A DNA stretch of 35,426 nucleotides from Octopus bimaculoides. Its lineage: Eukaryota. The notes under the pieces were generated by a model. That model searched no databases, was not told where the DNA came from, and was given only the letters and a program-made list of their open reading frames with translations. Location: assembly GCF_001194135.2 (NCBI RefSeq), contig NC_068981.1, forward strand, positions 22,730,386 to 22,765,811. Reading direction: 5' to 3'. The translations under genes and the position numbers were made by a program. Positions 20,748 through 31,227 of the stretch are shown here, one piece after another; position 1 is the first letter of the stretch, and every line of letters begins with the position of its first letter.

Positions 20748-21512
20748 AAAATATTTTTCTTGTTTGCATCACCATATCTGTGTGTGTGTGTGTGTTATAT
20801 AATGTGTGTGCTTGCCAGTTTATAATCTGTGTTTAGTAAAAAAAATGTAGCAGTGATTCATTAAATATAGATAAATAAAGTATGTACATGGCTAAAAATA
20901 AGTACCAACATTAATATGTTTGATTAAAACCTTTGAAGGCAATGCCTCAATATGTCCACCCACAGTCCACTGATAGAAACCATTAACAGAATGAAAGTGA
21001 TTGCATACCTAGCATATGACATGTTACATGATGTCTACATGTGAGCTATATTAATTTATATTTAAATAATTTGGGGAAAACAGTAAAACTTTAAATTATC
21101 AACAGAGAAACAAAAGTAGTTGTAATTTTTATTTTATTTAAAAATAATGGAACAGAAAAAAAGTTAAACTTCCTTAGCTTCAGTAGTTTTTAACATAGCA
21201 GAGTGGAGATTTAAGGAAGCATTGAAGCAAGACAAAAACCAGTGACATCTAATGTTTGGTAGTTGAATAGGTGGAATGGTGATGGTGGTGCTAAAATGTG
21301 GTAGAAGCTTCAGAGCACAGCTAATTGTTGTTATTATTTACTACCAAGTCAGCACTGATCAAACAGACCTGGAAACAAAAACTATCTCCACTTTTGTTTT
21401 TCCCTTCAAGAGGATAGAGTTTCTGAGACAAGCATGGCCAGAGCCTCAGGGCTGAAACATGTAAAACAATAGAAGAGTGTATTTCACTCTTTTTTTTTTA
21501 AATGATATCTTC

Positions 21513-21873
21513 TTTACCAACCACATGGTACTGGGTTCAGTCACACTGCGTGACACATTGGGCAAATGTCTTCTACTATAGCCTCGGGCCGACCAAAGCC
21601 TTGTGAGTGGATTTGGTTGATGGAAACTGAAAGAAGCCTGTCGTATATATGTGTATATGTATGTGTGTGTATAAGTTTATGTGTCTGTCTCCCAACATTG
21701 CTTGACAACCGATGGTGGTGTGTTTACGTCCTCGTAACTTAGCAGTTCGGCAAAAGAGACCGGTAGAATAAGTACTAGGCTTACAAAGAATAAGTCCTGG
21801 GGTTGATTTGTTCGACTAAAAGGCGGTGCTCCAGCATGGCCACAGTCAAATGACTGAAACGAGTAAAAGAGAG
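21513..21873 (+). mobile_element. SINE family B, nearly complete (head clipped)
   Basis: Collinear with the 11329 copy and retains several CpGs. Confidence 0.93.
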
Positions 21874-21878
21874 TTTCA

Positions 21879-21970
21879 TCTTTTACTTATTTCAGTCATT
21901 GAACTGTGATGATGCTAAGGCAACTCCTTGAAAGGTTTAATCAACCTGGGAACATAAACAAACCAACATT
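21879..21970 (-). mobile_element. Family B 3' end, inverted (tail-to-tail with the 21513 copy)
   Basis: tcttttacttatttcagtcattgaactg is the reverse complement of the B tail. Confidence 0.8.
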
Positions 21971-22011
21971 GTGTTCATGTTTGTCCCCCACCACTTCTAT
22001 TACAACACTGA

Positions 22012-22286
22012 GCTCACTGAAGCCTTGCGAGTAAATTTGGTAGAAGGAAACTGTATGGAAGTTCATCATATACACAGACAGGCACACACACATATCTCTG
22101 TATGTGTGATTGTGTTTGTACCCTCATTCCACTGCTTAATGACCAGTGCTGGTTTGTTTACATCCCCATAACTTAGCAGCTCATGAAAAGAAACCAATAA
22201 AATAATACCAGACTTGGGGGTAATTTGTTCAACTAAACACTTCGAGGCAGTGCCCCAGCATGGCTGCAGTCCAATGATTGAAACAA
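22012..22286 (+). mobile_element. Older B-subfamily copy
   Basis: aagccttgcgagtaaatttggtagaaggaaactg...catccccataacttagcag...gccccagcatggctgcagtccaatgattgaaacaa. Confidence 0.75.
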
Positions 22287-22327
22287 AGGCAGTGGTTTCA
22301 TTAGAAATATGGTAACAAAAGGGTTAA
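22279..22327 (+). mobile_element. MITE family 2 right end with TIR and TTAA
   Basis: tgaaacaaaggcagtgg...atatggtaacaaaagggttaa. Its reverse complement ttaacccttttgttacc matches the left end at 29468 (ccctttt gatacc). Confidence 0.75.
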
Positions 22328-22339
22328 GACTGATGTACT

Positions 22340-22405
22340 ATTTGAGGGATATTTGGCTTCTATTTCTAATAGGCTGATCAGTCATCTAGTAGAGATCTCA
22401 TTGGC
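22340..22405 (+). mobile_element. Family H remnant
   Basis: gagggatatttggcttctatttctaatagg. Confidence 0.4.
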
Positions 22406-22661
22406 CTGTGTGTGCGGTTCAGTGTGACGGTGTTGGGTTGTGGCAAGGGTAGTGGTAATTTGATAATTCTCTTCCTAGTCACTGAAGACAGAATAATCCA
22501 GTTTTGGTTTTATTTGTTTAGAACAAGATGATCAATGAATTCAGATTCATAAGTAGACATTTAGGAGAAGAAATACAGTAGGAGAGATGGGGTGGGGGAG
22601 AGAAAAGCAAATGAATGAAAAGTGACAGAATAAGAGGTATGTATAGACACATAAGATGAGA

Positions 22662-22662
22662 G

Positions 22663-22700
<38 letters not shown>
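22662..22700. repeat. (TA)n microsatellite
   Basis: Direct reading. Confidence 0.97.
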
Positions 22701-22706
<6 letters not shown>

Positions 22707-22811
22707 AAGTTTATTTGTATATTTGTGTGTATATATGCACATAGGTGTATATATAGGTATATATATGTATACATATATGTATATAATGTGATTGTTCATG
22801 TGAAAATAAGT

Positions 22812-22890
22812 GTGTATATGCATGTATATGTAAATATATTGGTGTATATGCATGTGTATATGTAAATATATTGGTGTATATGTAAATATT
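22812..22890. repeat. ~30-bp minisatellite, about 2.5 units
   Basis: gtgtatatgcatg(tg)tatatgtaaatatattg repeated. Confidence 0.85.
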
Positions 22891-23188
22891 TGCTGAACTA
22901 TTCGTGTGTCAAGTTATGTGGTTATTCTTATAAAGAAGTGTGTGTGTGCATGTTTGCATTAACAATGTGATATTGAAATGCTTGGCAAGATGTAACGAAG
23001 ACCAAACCTGATCAGTCCACCCCATACTATCATAAAAAAAAATGATTAAAACGATGATTATGTTATTATTATGTTATGACAATAATGAAGATACATGTGT
23101 GTTCAGATTGTATGTGTGTAGATACATGCATGCACATCAACATAACGCGTATGCGTACACATACATAAAGACATGTGTTATAAGTATA

Positions 23189-23239
<51 letters not shown>

Positions 23240-23548
23240 CATCTACAATTATTTTATATGTTTCTAAATGAAGAAATCAATAGGATATAGAACTGCCCAG
23301 AGTTCTTTGACCTAATTCCAAATAATGTCTAAAACCCATCATCTTGTAGCCAGAGTCAGCTGACGTGTATGTTGCTGGATGGATGCTCCAATGACATCAT
23401 CGAGTTTTGCAGTGTTCTCACTCCTCACTCGCTGTCTCTCTCTCTCTCTCTCTACTTCTTTGTCTATTATTGTTGGACAGCTTGGAAATTCAGTTAATTA
23501 TTTTAACTTCATGTGTGAACTTTGACCAATGATTCTGATGTGTATCTC

Positions 23549-23597
<49 letters not shown>

Positions 23598-23615
23598 TGT
23601 TTGGTTTTGTTATGT

Positions 23616-23938
23616 TCTTGTGTTTGTCACTCTCTTTATTCAACTACTTGCAGTTTTTATATTCATACACAAACACACACACACACACACTCTTACACGT
23701 AAACACATGTACACATGCACATTCATATACATACATTCACTCACACTCACACACACACATTCACATATAATGGAGTGATGGTTGTTAGAGATAAAGTTAT
23801 TATTACCAGACTAAAATTTTTAAGTACATTTAAGAAAATGCAGCCCCCTCAATTTTTAGATATAAACTCAGGAGTAAGGACTACTAAATATTTTCTCAAT
23901 AAATTTCTCATTGAATTTGAAAAACACCATTAAATACC
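23616..23938 (+). repeat. Local duplication, copy 1
   Basis: Collinear with 25480-25846: tcttgtgtttgtcact..ttattcaactacttgcagttttat-(CA)-rich-atggagtgat..gataaagttat.attaccagactaaaa..aagaaaatgcagcccc..tataaactcagga..aaatacc. Confidence 0.9.
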
Positions 23939-24100
23939 AGGTGTGGCTTTGTGGTGTGAAGCTTGCTTTCCAATCACATGGTTCCAGGTTCAGTCCCACT
24001 GCATAGCACCTTTGGCAATTGTCTTCTACAATAGCTTTAGGCTGACCAAAGCCTTCTGAGAGGATTTGGCTGGCAGACACTGAAAGAAGCCCATCGTGTA
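23938..24100 (+). mobile_element. Family B 5' half running into gap
   Basis: caggtgtggctttgtggtg...ggttcagtcccactg...gaaagaagccc. Confidence 0.88.
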
Positions 24101-24709
24101 NNNNNNNNNNNNNNNNNNNNNNNNNNNNNNNNNNNNNNNNNNNNNNNNNNNNNNNNNNNNNNNNNNNNNNNNNNNNNNNNNNNNNNNNNNNNNNNNNNNN
24201 NNNNNNNNNNNNNNNNNNNNNNNNNNNNNNNNNNNNNNNNNNNNNNNNNNNNNNNNNNNNNNNNNNNNNNNNNNNNNNNNNNNNNNNNNNNNNNNNNNNN
24301 NNNNNNNNNNNNNNNNNNNNNNNNNNNNNNNNNNNNNNNNNNNNNNNNNNNNNNNNNNNNNNNNNNNNNNNNNNNNNNNNNNNNNNNNNNNNNNNNNNNN
24401 NNNNNNNNNNNNNNNNNNNNNNNNNNNNNNNNNNNNNNNNNNNNNNNNNNNNNNNNNNNNNNNNNNNNNNNNNNNNNNNNNNNNNNNNNNNNNNNNNNNN
24501 NNNNNNNNNNNNNNNNNNNNNNNNNNNNNNNNNNNNNNNNNNNNNNNNNNNNNNNNNNNNNNNNNNNNNNNNNNNNNNNNNNNNNNNNNNNNNNNNNNNN
24601 NNNNNNNNNNNNNNNNNNNNNNNNNNNNNNNNNNNNNNNNNNNNNNNNNNNNNNNNNNNNNNNNNNNNNNNNNNNNNNNNNNNNNNNNNNNNNNNNNNNN
24701 NNNNNNNNN
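24101..24709. other. Assembly gap (N) inside a B SINE
   Basis: The left flank is a B 5' half and the right flank continues with the B 3' half. Confidence 1.
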
Positions 24710-24757
24710 ATCATTGCTTGACTATCGATGTTGGTGTGCTTATGTCCCTGGAACTGT
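24710..24757 (+). mobile_element. Family B 3'-half fragment
   Basis: atcattgcttgactatcgatgttggtgtgcttatgtccc. Confidence 0.75.
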
Positions 24758-24897
24758 TTACCAAAGCCACTCATAAGGCACTGATTAGTCAGGGCTGTAG
24801 TAGAAGACACTCTGCCAAATGTACTGTGCCATGGGACTGAACCCAAGACCATGTGGTTGGGAATCGAACTTCTTACTACACAACCATTCCTAAGCCA
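24758..24897 (-). mobile_element. Family B 5' half, inverted
   Basis: taccaaagccactcataagg...gtagaagacac...gggactgaaccc..accatgtggttggga. Confidence 0.8.
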
Positions 24898-24936
24898 GGT
24901 ATTACAAAGACGAACACAGACGTAACAGATATAACA

Positions 24937-25109
24937 CTCTTTTACTCTTTTACCTGTTTCAGTTTCTGTCTATCAAATCCACTCACAAGGCTTTGGTCGG
25001 CCCGAAGCTATAGTAGAAGACACTTGCCCAAGGTGCCACACAGTGGGACTGAACCCAAAACCATGTGGTTCGTTAGCAAGCTACTTACCACACAGCCACT
25101 CCTACGCCT
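24937..25109 (-). mobile_element. Family B, internally deleted copy (tail fused to 5' half)
   Basis: The tail ctcttttactcttttacctgtttcagt runs straight into ttctgtctatcaaatccactcacaagg and on to the intact head. Confidence 0.85.
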
Positions 25110-25479
25110 AATTGAAATACACAAACCAAACTTACAGTCTTCTGCAATACCTGAATGCATCCTAGTTATAGAATGGATGAATATATTACAACTAAAAATC
25201 TCATAAAACTGAGCACAGAATATATTATATCTAATCACAAACTAAGACCCCAAATATCAGATTCCTGTTGCTCCCACAGCACACAAATTTATCTTCACTC
25301 ATGAACAGTATTGCTCACATAGATTGCTACTAGTTTGTTCACACAGCAGAACATACTTTGGATAACCAGTTCAATATACAAACTCTATTGCAAGTGTGAC
25401 AATGCTAAATTTCCTGGCTCAAATTGTTACGTTAGATACACAAGTGTCATACTTTCTCACTGGCTAATTATGCATTTGC

Positions 25480-25846
25480 TCTTGTGTTTGTCACTATTTT
25501 TATTCAACTACTTGCAGTTTTTATGTTCACACACGCACACACACACACGCACACACACACACGCATACTCTCTCACTCATACACACACTCATGCAAACAC
25601 ATGTACACACACATCCACAGATTCATACACACACATTCGCACTCACAAACTCTCTCACTGACACCCTTATGCAAACACACACACATATTATGGAGTGATG
25701 TTGTTAGTGATAAAGTTATCATTACCAGACTAAAAGTTTTAAGTACATCTTAAGAAAATGCAGCCCCTTCATTTTTAGTTATAAACTCAGGAATAAGGAA
25801 TATTAAATGAATTTTTCAATAAATTTGAGAAACACCTATAAATACC
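25480..25846 (+). repeat. Local duplication, copy 2
   Basis: See 23616-23938. The central CA-rich part is longer. Confidence 0.9.
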
Positions 25847-26970
25847 TATCCATACATTAGGATAAGGAGCTATTATTGTACATTGCAAAGTAAGCACAAA
25901 CACAGTTGTCTTCAATATAACATCTCTGTCTGTCAGTCTGTCTCTCTCTGTATTTATATATGTGTGTAGATGTGTAAATTAGACTATCCACCATATTGTT
26001 AGTTTAATTCACGATTGCTTTATAAGCAGCTAATTTATTATTAATTTGGGAAGGAAGCCAAAAGTACATCATCTCTGAAAAGCAGTCAACAAACCATGAA
26101 ACAGTCTGTCAGAAGACTGCTTTTTTTTTTTTTCTGCATGTCAGTAGCCTATATTTGACTATTTTTGTTGTGTTTTTATACTACTTTCTGTAGGGTACAA
26201 ATATGGTTGTAGCAATGATTCTCTATCTGTTGTGGTAATTAACAAACCTAAAAGTCAGAAGTGTGATATTAGAACTGGTGTTCAGTATTTTACACTTCTG
26301 AATTATATTTTACTTCATTGTTGCTATTTCCTTGCTATTCTATATGGTGGTGATAGATAAGTGCAAAAAATGTGTTTTCAATACTCACCATTCTTTCACT
26401 GTTGGCCAGAATCATGATTTATTGTAGAATAATATCAAGATAAACACACATTGGTTGTATTTTTCTAATTTCTTTAATTTTTTTTTTTTAAGAATATTCT
26501 TAGAATTTCAAAGATAGCAGACAATCTGTCTTTTTACTACAATGTATTGTGGTATATTCTATTTTTTATATGTTTTTGTGTATGCATTTTATTCATTTTG
26601 TTGTTTTCCTTCCTCTAAAAATACTAATGAGTTTGCAGGCTGAAATCATCAGAAATCGAAAAAATCCATTTATAAAATTTATTTCCTTTCTAATGTTTTT
26701 TGTTTTTTTTTCTCTCCTCCTCTCTCCCAGTAATTCTTTTGTTTAGAAATCAGACATAAGTCATTTTTGGTCTTCATGAGTTGGTTAAAAGAAAATTGAA
26801 TTGCAAACAAAAGAAACAGTTAGTAAAAGAATTTTTTATTTAAATATTTAAATACAGAAATTAACATTTAAAACAATGTTGTAACTAAACACAAATTACA
26901 AGTAGGTAGAATTTCTACTTTTCTCTTTTGAGAATTAAAAAGTGCAAACATGTTTTAGGGTTTATACTCT

Positions 26971-27398
26971 TTAACCCTTTAGCACTCAGACTACCTTGTC
27001 AGATGTATTGCTTATTGATTCACATTGTTTTATGCCTGACTGGCCTTAGTACGGGTGACACGTAAAAGCACCCACTACACTCTCTGAGTGGTTGGCATTA
27101 GGAAGGGCATCCAGCTGTAGAAACTCTGCCAAATCAGATTGGAACCTGGTGTTGCCATCCGGTTTCACCAGTCCTCAGTCAAATCGTCCAACCCCTGCTA
27201 GCATGGAAAGCGGACGTTAAACGATGATGATGATGATGATGATGATGATGATATCTCATAGCTTCAAGATTATGATGATTGTTTGTTTTTAGACTGACAT
27301 TATAGGGTAGCTGTGAGGGGTCAGATCTGGCTGAGTTGAACAGAAAGCAGGTAAAAAATTTGGGCTGGACATGCCCGAGTTAAATGCTAAATGTTTAA
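26971..27398 (+). mobile_element. TTAA/CCCTTT MITE family 1 (piggyBac-like), interrupted by family A
   Basis: Left end ttaa-ccctttagcact, right end aaatgctaaatgt-ttaa. The interior 27330-27398 matches the right-end fragment at 32829-32901, which ends aaatactaaaggg-ttaa. Confidence 0.75.
27031..27252 (+). mobile_element. Retroposon family A nested in the MITE
   Basis: Standard A 3' end with a long (GAT)n tail. Confidence 0.93.
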
Positions 27399-27736
27399 GT
27401 CAGTGGTAAGTAGATATTGTGGACCATTGTTTAAAGTGAATTCATTTCTTAAGCAAAATAACAAGAATTTCAAAGTAGCAATTCTTACACATTTGTGTCT
27501 GTTTATAATCAATAAATAACTTAATTCTCTTTTCTTCTCTTTTGTCTCTTTCCTCTTCTCCTCTTTCTCCTTTCTTTTGTAATTTTTTTATAATAGAAAT
27601 ATTCCATAAGACAACAAGCTCTACAGACATTATCTCTTTGATTGTCCCACTAATTGCAATGCTTCAGTGTTTTCTTTTGGTTTTTAAGATTTCATCTTGA
27701 TTTTTTAATTAATTTCATGCTTTACTTGAATATGAT

Positions 27737-27739
<3 letters not shown>

Positions 27740-27778
<39 letters not shown>
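27740..27778. repeat. (CA)n microsatellite
   Basis: Direct reading. Confidence 0.97.
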
Positions 27779-27781
<3 letters not shown>

Positions 27782-27878
27782 TATTTTACACCACTACACA
27801 CACACAATCATCATCATCATCATTTATTTGCGAAAGATTCATTTGGTTGAATAGCCTTCCTAATGTCAGTCATTAAGT

Positions 27879-28277
27879 GCAGGTGTGGTTGTGTGGTAAG
27901 AAGCTTGCTTCCCAGCCACATGGTTCTGGGTTCAATTCCTCTTTGTGGCATCTTGGGTAAGTGTTTGCTACTAAAACCTTGGGCCGACCAAATCCTTGTC
28001 AGTAGATTTGGTGGACAGAAACTGAAAGAAGCTGATTGTATATGTATCTGTGTGTATTTTCCAGTCTCTGTTTGTGTTCCACCATCACTTGACAATCGGT
28101 GTTGGGGTGTTTATGTGCCCATAACTTGGCAGTTTGGCAGAAGAGACTGACAGAATAAATATCAGGCATAAAAAGTAAAAAAAAAGTACTGGAGTTGATT
28201 CATTCAACTAAAAATTTTTCAAGACAGTGCCCCAGCATGATCGCAATCTAATAACTGAAACAAGTAAAGGATAAAGA
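27879..28277 (+). mobile_element. SINE family B, full length, older subfamily
   Basis: Head gcaggtgtggttgtgtggtaag with a canonical B-box ggttcaattcc, complete body and tail gaaacaagtaaaggataaagata. Confidence 0.9.
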
Positions 28278-28373
28278 TATGTAGGACAATCCATCTCTCA
28301 TTTATCTGTGATATTAAAATGATGCAGTTTGTATAAATGAAATAGTTTGTTATGAAAAAGTGGAGAGGCCTAA

Positions 28374-28685
28374 CATCATCATCATCATCATCATCGTTTA
28401 ACGTCCGCTTTCCATGCTAGCATGGGTTGAACAATTTGACTGAGGACTGGTGAACCAGATGGTTACACCAGGCTCCAATCTGATTTGGCAGAGTTTCTAC
28501 AGCTGGATGCCCTTCCTAACGCCAACCACTCTGAGAGTGGCACGAAGGCCAGTCAGGAGGTACTGGCAATGGCCATGCTCAAAATGGTGTATTTTGTGTG
28601 CCACCTGCACTGGAACCAGTCCAGCGGCTCTGGCAACGATCTCTCTCGCTTGAATGTCTTTACACGTGCCACTGGCACAAGTGCC
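28374..28685 (-). mobile_element. Retroposon family A with about three internal units
   Basis: (cat)n cgtttaacgtccgctttccatgc... with an internal deletion of the gtagtgggtgctttt segment. Confidence 0.92.
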
Positions 28686-29467
28686 GATATAAGACCCTTC
28701 ATCACAAAACATCTGACTTAGTCTTCCTCATAGCAAACTAACTTATTCTACTTTTTAAGTTGTTTGTCTCTAGGTAAGCTGTCACTAACACCCTTGAAAT
28801 CAACTGTGTCACTTTAATACAGATTATACTAGCGTTTTTATATTTTCTGTTCAACATTCTGCTAAAGTGGTTTGATCATTTGTTTTTTTTTTAATCTCAC
28901 TAACAGACAATGATGACATACAGAGACAAAGAATGTGTCTTGAAGCACCATTATTTTTTTCTTCTTTTTTTGTTTTTTTTTTCTTCTCTGTTAAAGAAAT
29001 CTGACAAATACTGGTTTACTACAGTTTATATTGCTTTTTGCTTCGTCTATTTCTTTTTCGTCTTGGTCAATAAAATATTTAATCAAATACTTTTCTAATC
29101 CCTCTGCTTAACTTTACTCACAGACTGTAAATGAAAAATTGTCTGTACACAAATTAAATTTTTTTTAGCTAGATCAAGATTGATAAATTTATTAAACAAT
29201 CTGGAATTTTCTTTTCTGCAAATTTTTTTTTTTTTTTTTTTGTGTGTGTGTTAGTTATTTTCCTCTGTTTGCTCAAGATTGGTTAAATAATGGAGTAAAT
29301 TTTAAAATAAATCTTTGAAGTAGTTTTTATGAATAATGCCATAGAAATTGCTTTGATCACTGTTATAGAAGCAATATTACTAGGATACATTCAAGTAGAG
29401 GTTTGCAAAAGTCTAGAACAGCTATAAATATATTCTAGGCCTACACTTCTCTGATCTTTTTGGCTGA

Positions 29468-29675
29468 TTTACCCTTTTGATACCAACCCACTTGAGACTG
29501 CTCTTCATCCTATGCTACACAATTCTGTTTAAAAGTTATCTAGATTTTAAAACCTTCCATCAAAATTTCATGTTAATTTATGTTCCAAACACCAATTTAG
29601 ATAAACGGTTATTTCACTAAATTATTATATTTCCAAATTAGTTGAAACAAAAGTAGTGTGTTTCAACAAATGTGA
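29468..29675 (+). mobile_element. MITE family 2, left end and interior, right TIR missing
   Basis: ttta-cccttttgataccaacccac... Aligns to 13541-13770 (reverse complement) and to the 22279 end via tgaaacaaa.g.agtg. Confidence 0.72.
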
Positions 29676-29769
29676 AACATTTAAAACATTTAAAGAATAT
29701 ATAGTCAAGATCAGCATACAGAAGCATATTTACTATGATTTTAACCATTCCATAAATTTCTGACGAATT

Positions 29770-29830
29770 TGTTCCATTCTTTGAATGCATTTTGTCTGGC
29801 ATGCTAATGATTCTGCCAGCTTGCTACCTC

Positions 29831-29870
<40 letters not shown>
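29770..29870 (-). mobile_element. D-type SINE head remnant preceded by (ATT)n
   Basis: Reverse complement (att)n gaggtagcaagctggcagaatcattagcatgccagacaaaatgc. (AAT)n at 29831-29870. Confidence 0.75.
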
Positions 29871-29873
<3 letters not shown>

Positions 29874-29975
29874 GGAAAAATGAAAAGGTTCATTAGGTCT
29901 TTAGGCTTACATTTTTGCATCCTTAGAAGATAGCGCATGTGTGTACAGTTGCTCCAAGTAGATGAATGGAGTAGT

Positions 29976-29989
29976 AAGCCCATCAAATA

Positions 29990-30041
<52 letters not shown>

Positions 30042-30055
30042 TATTTGATGGGCTT
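29976..30055. other. Perfect 80-bp palindrome centred on (AT)23
   Basis: aagcccatcaaatatgc-(at)23-gcatatttgatgggctt. Confidence 0.95.
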
Positions 30056-30197
30056 CTTTCAGTGTACCAAATTCCACTTTCAAGGCTTTGGTTGGCCTTA
30101 GGCTATAGTAGAAGACACTTGCCCGAGGTGTCACTCAGTGGGACTGAGCCTAGAACCTGTGGTTGGGAAGCAAACTTCTTACTGCTCAGCCATGCCT
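30048..30197 (-). mobile_element. Family B 5' half
   Basis: atgggcttctttcagt..caaggctttggttggcc..gctatagtagaagacacttgccc..cagtgggactgagcc. Confidence 0.85.
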
Positions 30198-30286
30198 TAC
30201 CTAAAGAAAGGAAAGTTTCATTTACATTTCTCAAAATACTGGAACAGCTTTTGGTATGTTGTGAAATAAAGGTTTACTTTGCATCA

Positions 30287-30348
30287 CACACGCACATGTG
30301 TATGTATACACACGCACATGTGTATGTATACACATGCATATGTGTATC
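30287..30348. repeat. 22-bp minisatellite, about 3 units
   Basis: cacacgcacatgtgtatgtata repeated. Confidence 0.9.
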
Positions 30349-31020
30349 ATTCATCGTTGTATATCTGCAGAAAACCAGTCCCTTGTGATATTCACTCTGC
30401 ATTGTTACAAACAGCTTCTTTTCACTCACTATCAGAAATGCAGTGAATCAGTGAATGTCCTGTCGCATACTTCCAATCAATGCTGCTATTGTTCACCAAT
30501 TGCAATATAAAATAAAATATATAAATATCATCAGGTCTTTTATTTTCCTGAGACTATTAGAATAGAACTTTTAGAGATTATTGTAATTCTATTGTTAATA
30601 CTATTGTTCATATAATGTGGCTTTAGTCAGAGTTTTCTAGCTTCCCAATTCAAAGTTAATTTGCCATAGTAGGCCATATTCAAATTGACAATACTTTGTG
30701 TCAGTCAAGATTTGGTTGTCTTTAATATGTGTCTGGAAATATGTGGAAATATGTAATTTGAATACACCAGATGTTGGATTGTATTAGATTTGAAAGTACT
30801 ATTTGTCAGATTTTATTTAACTTGAATGGACTACTTACCAACCAATGTGTAATTTGAACAGAAAATGTGCTTAACTATATATAAATTTAAAGGTCAACTT
30901 CCAAATAAACTTGTGTCCAATGTGTCTAGGCTATAGCACAAGCAGATTTGTTCAAAATTCATGATTTACATATTCATCCCGACAATTTCAATTGGTAAAA
31001 AAATATTTTAGATCATATAT

Positions 31021-31100
31021 GTAAAAACAAACCAACACTGGTTGCCAAGCAAGGGGTTGTGTTTGTGGTAGAATAAAACCAAAAACACACATGCTTACAT
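31021..31100 (-). mobile_element. Degenerate family B 3'-half remnant
   Basis: gtaaaaacaaaccaacactggttgccaagc, compare gtaaacacaccaacaccaattgtcaag at 33386. Confidence 0.5.
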
Positions 31101-31180
31101 ATACATATATGTCTATATATATGACACACAGATACATACTGCACATATATGATGGACAGACAAAGGCACACATATTTACA

Positions 31181-31224
<44 letters not shown>

Positions 31225-31227
31225 TGA

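Noticed and set aside
1693-24852. Long ORFs (170-360 aa) at 1693-2715, 3611-4252, 15777-16869 and 24037-24852
   Set aside because: They consist of X residues translated from N-gaps plus (TA)n-derived YI repeats.
6775-28721. Mutually similar ORFs over families A and B (e.g. 6775..7131, 12060..12308, 25008..25238, 27863..28150, 28450..28721)
   Set aside because: The similarity reflects shared non-coding repeat sequence. Frames and stops differ between copies.
18945-30462. Similarity between 18945-18990 and 30417-30460 (aaatgcagtgaa core), considered as paralogous exons
   Set aside because: A 12-bp exact core with gapped flanks is expected by chance in 35 kb of AT-rich sequence. Splice sites are not shared.
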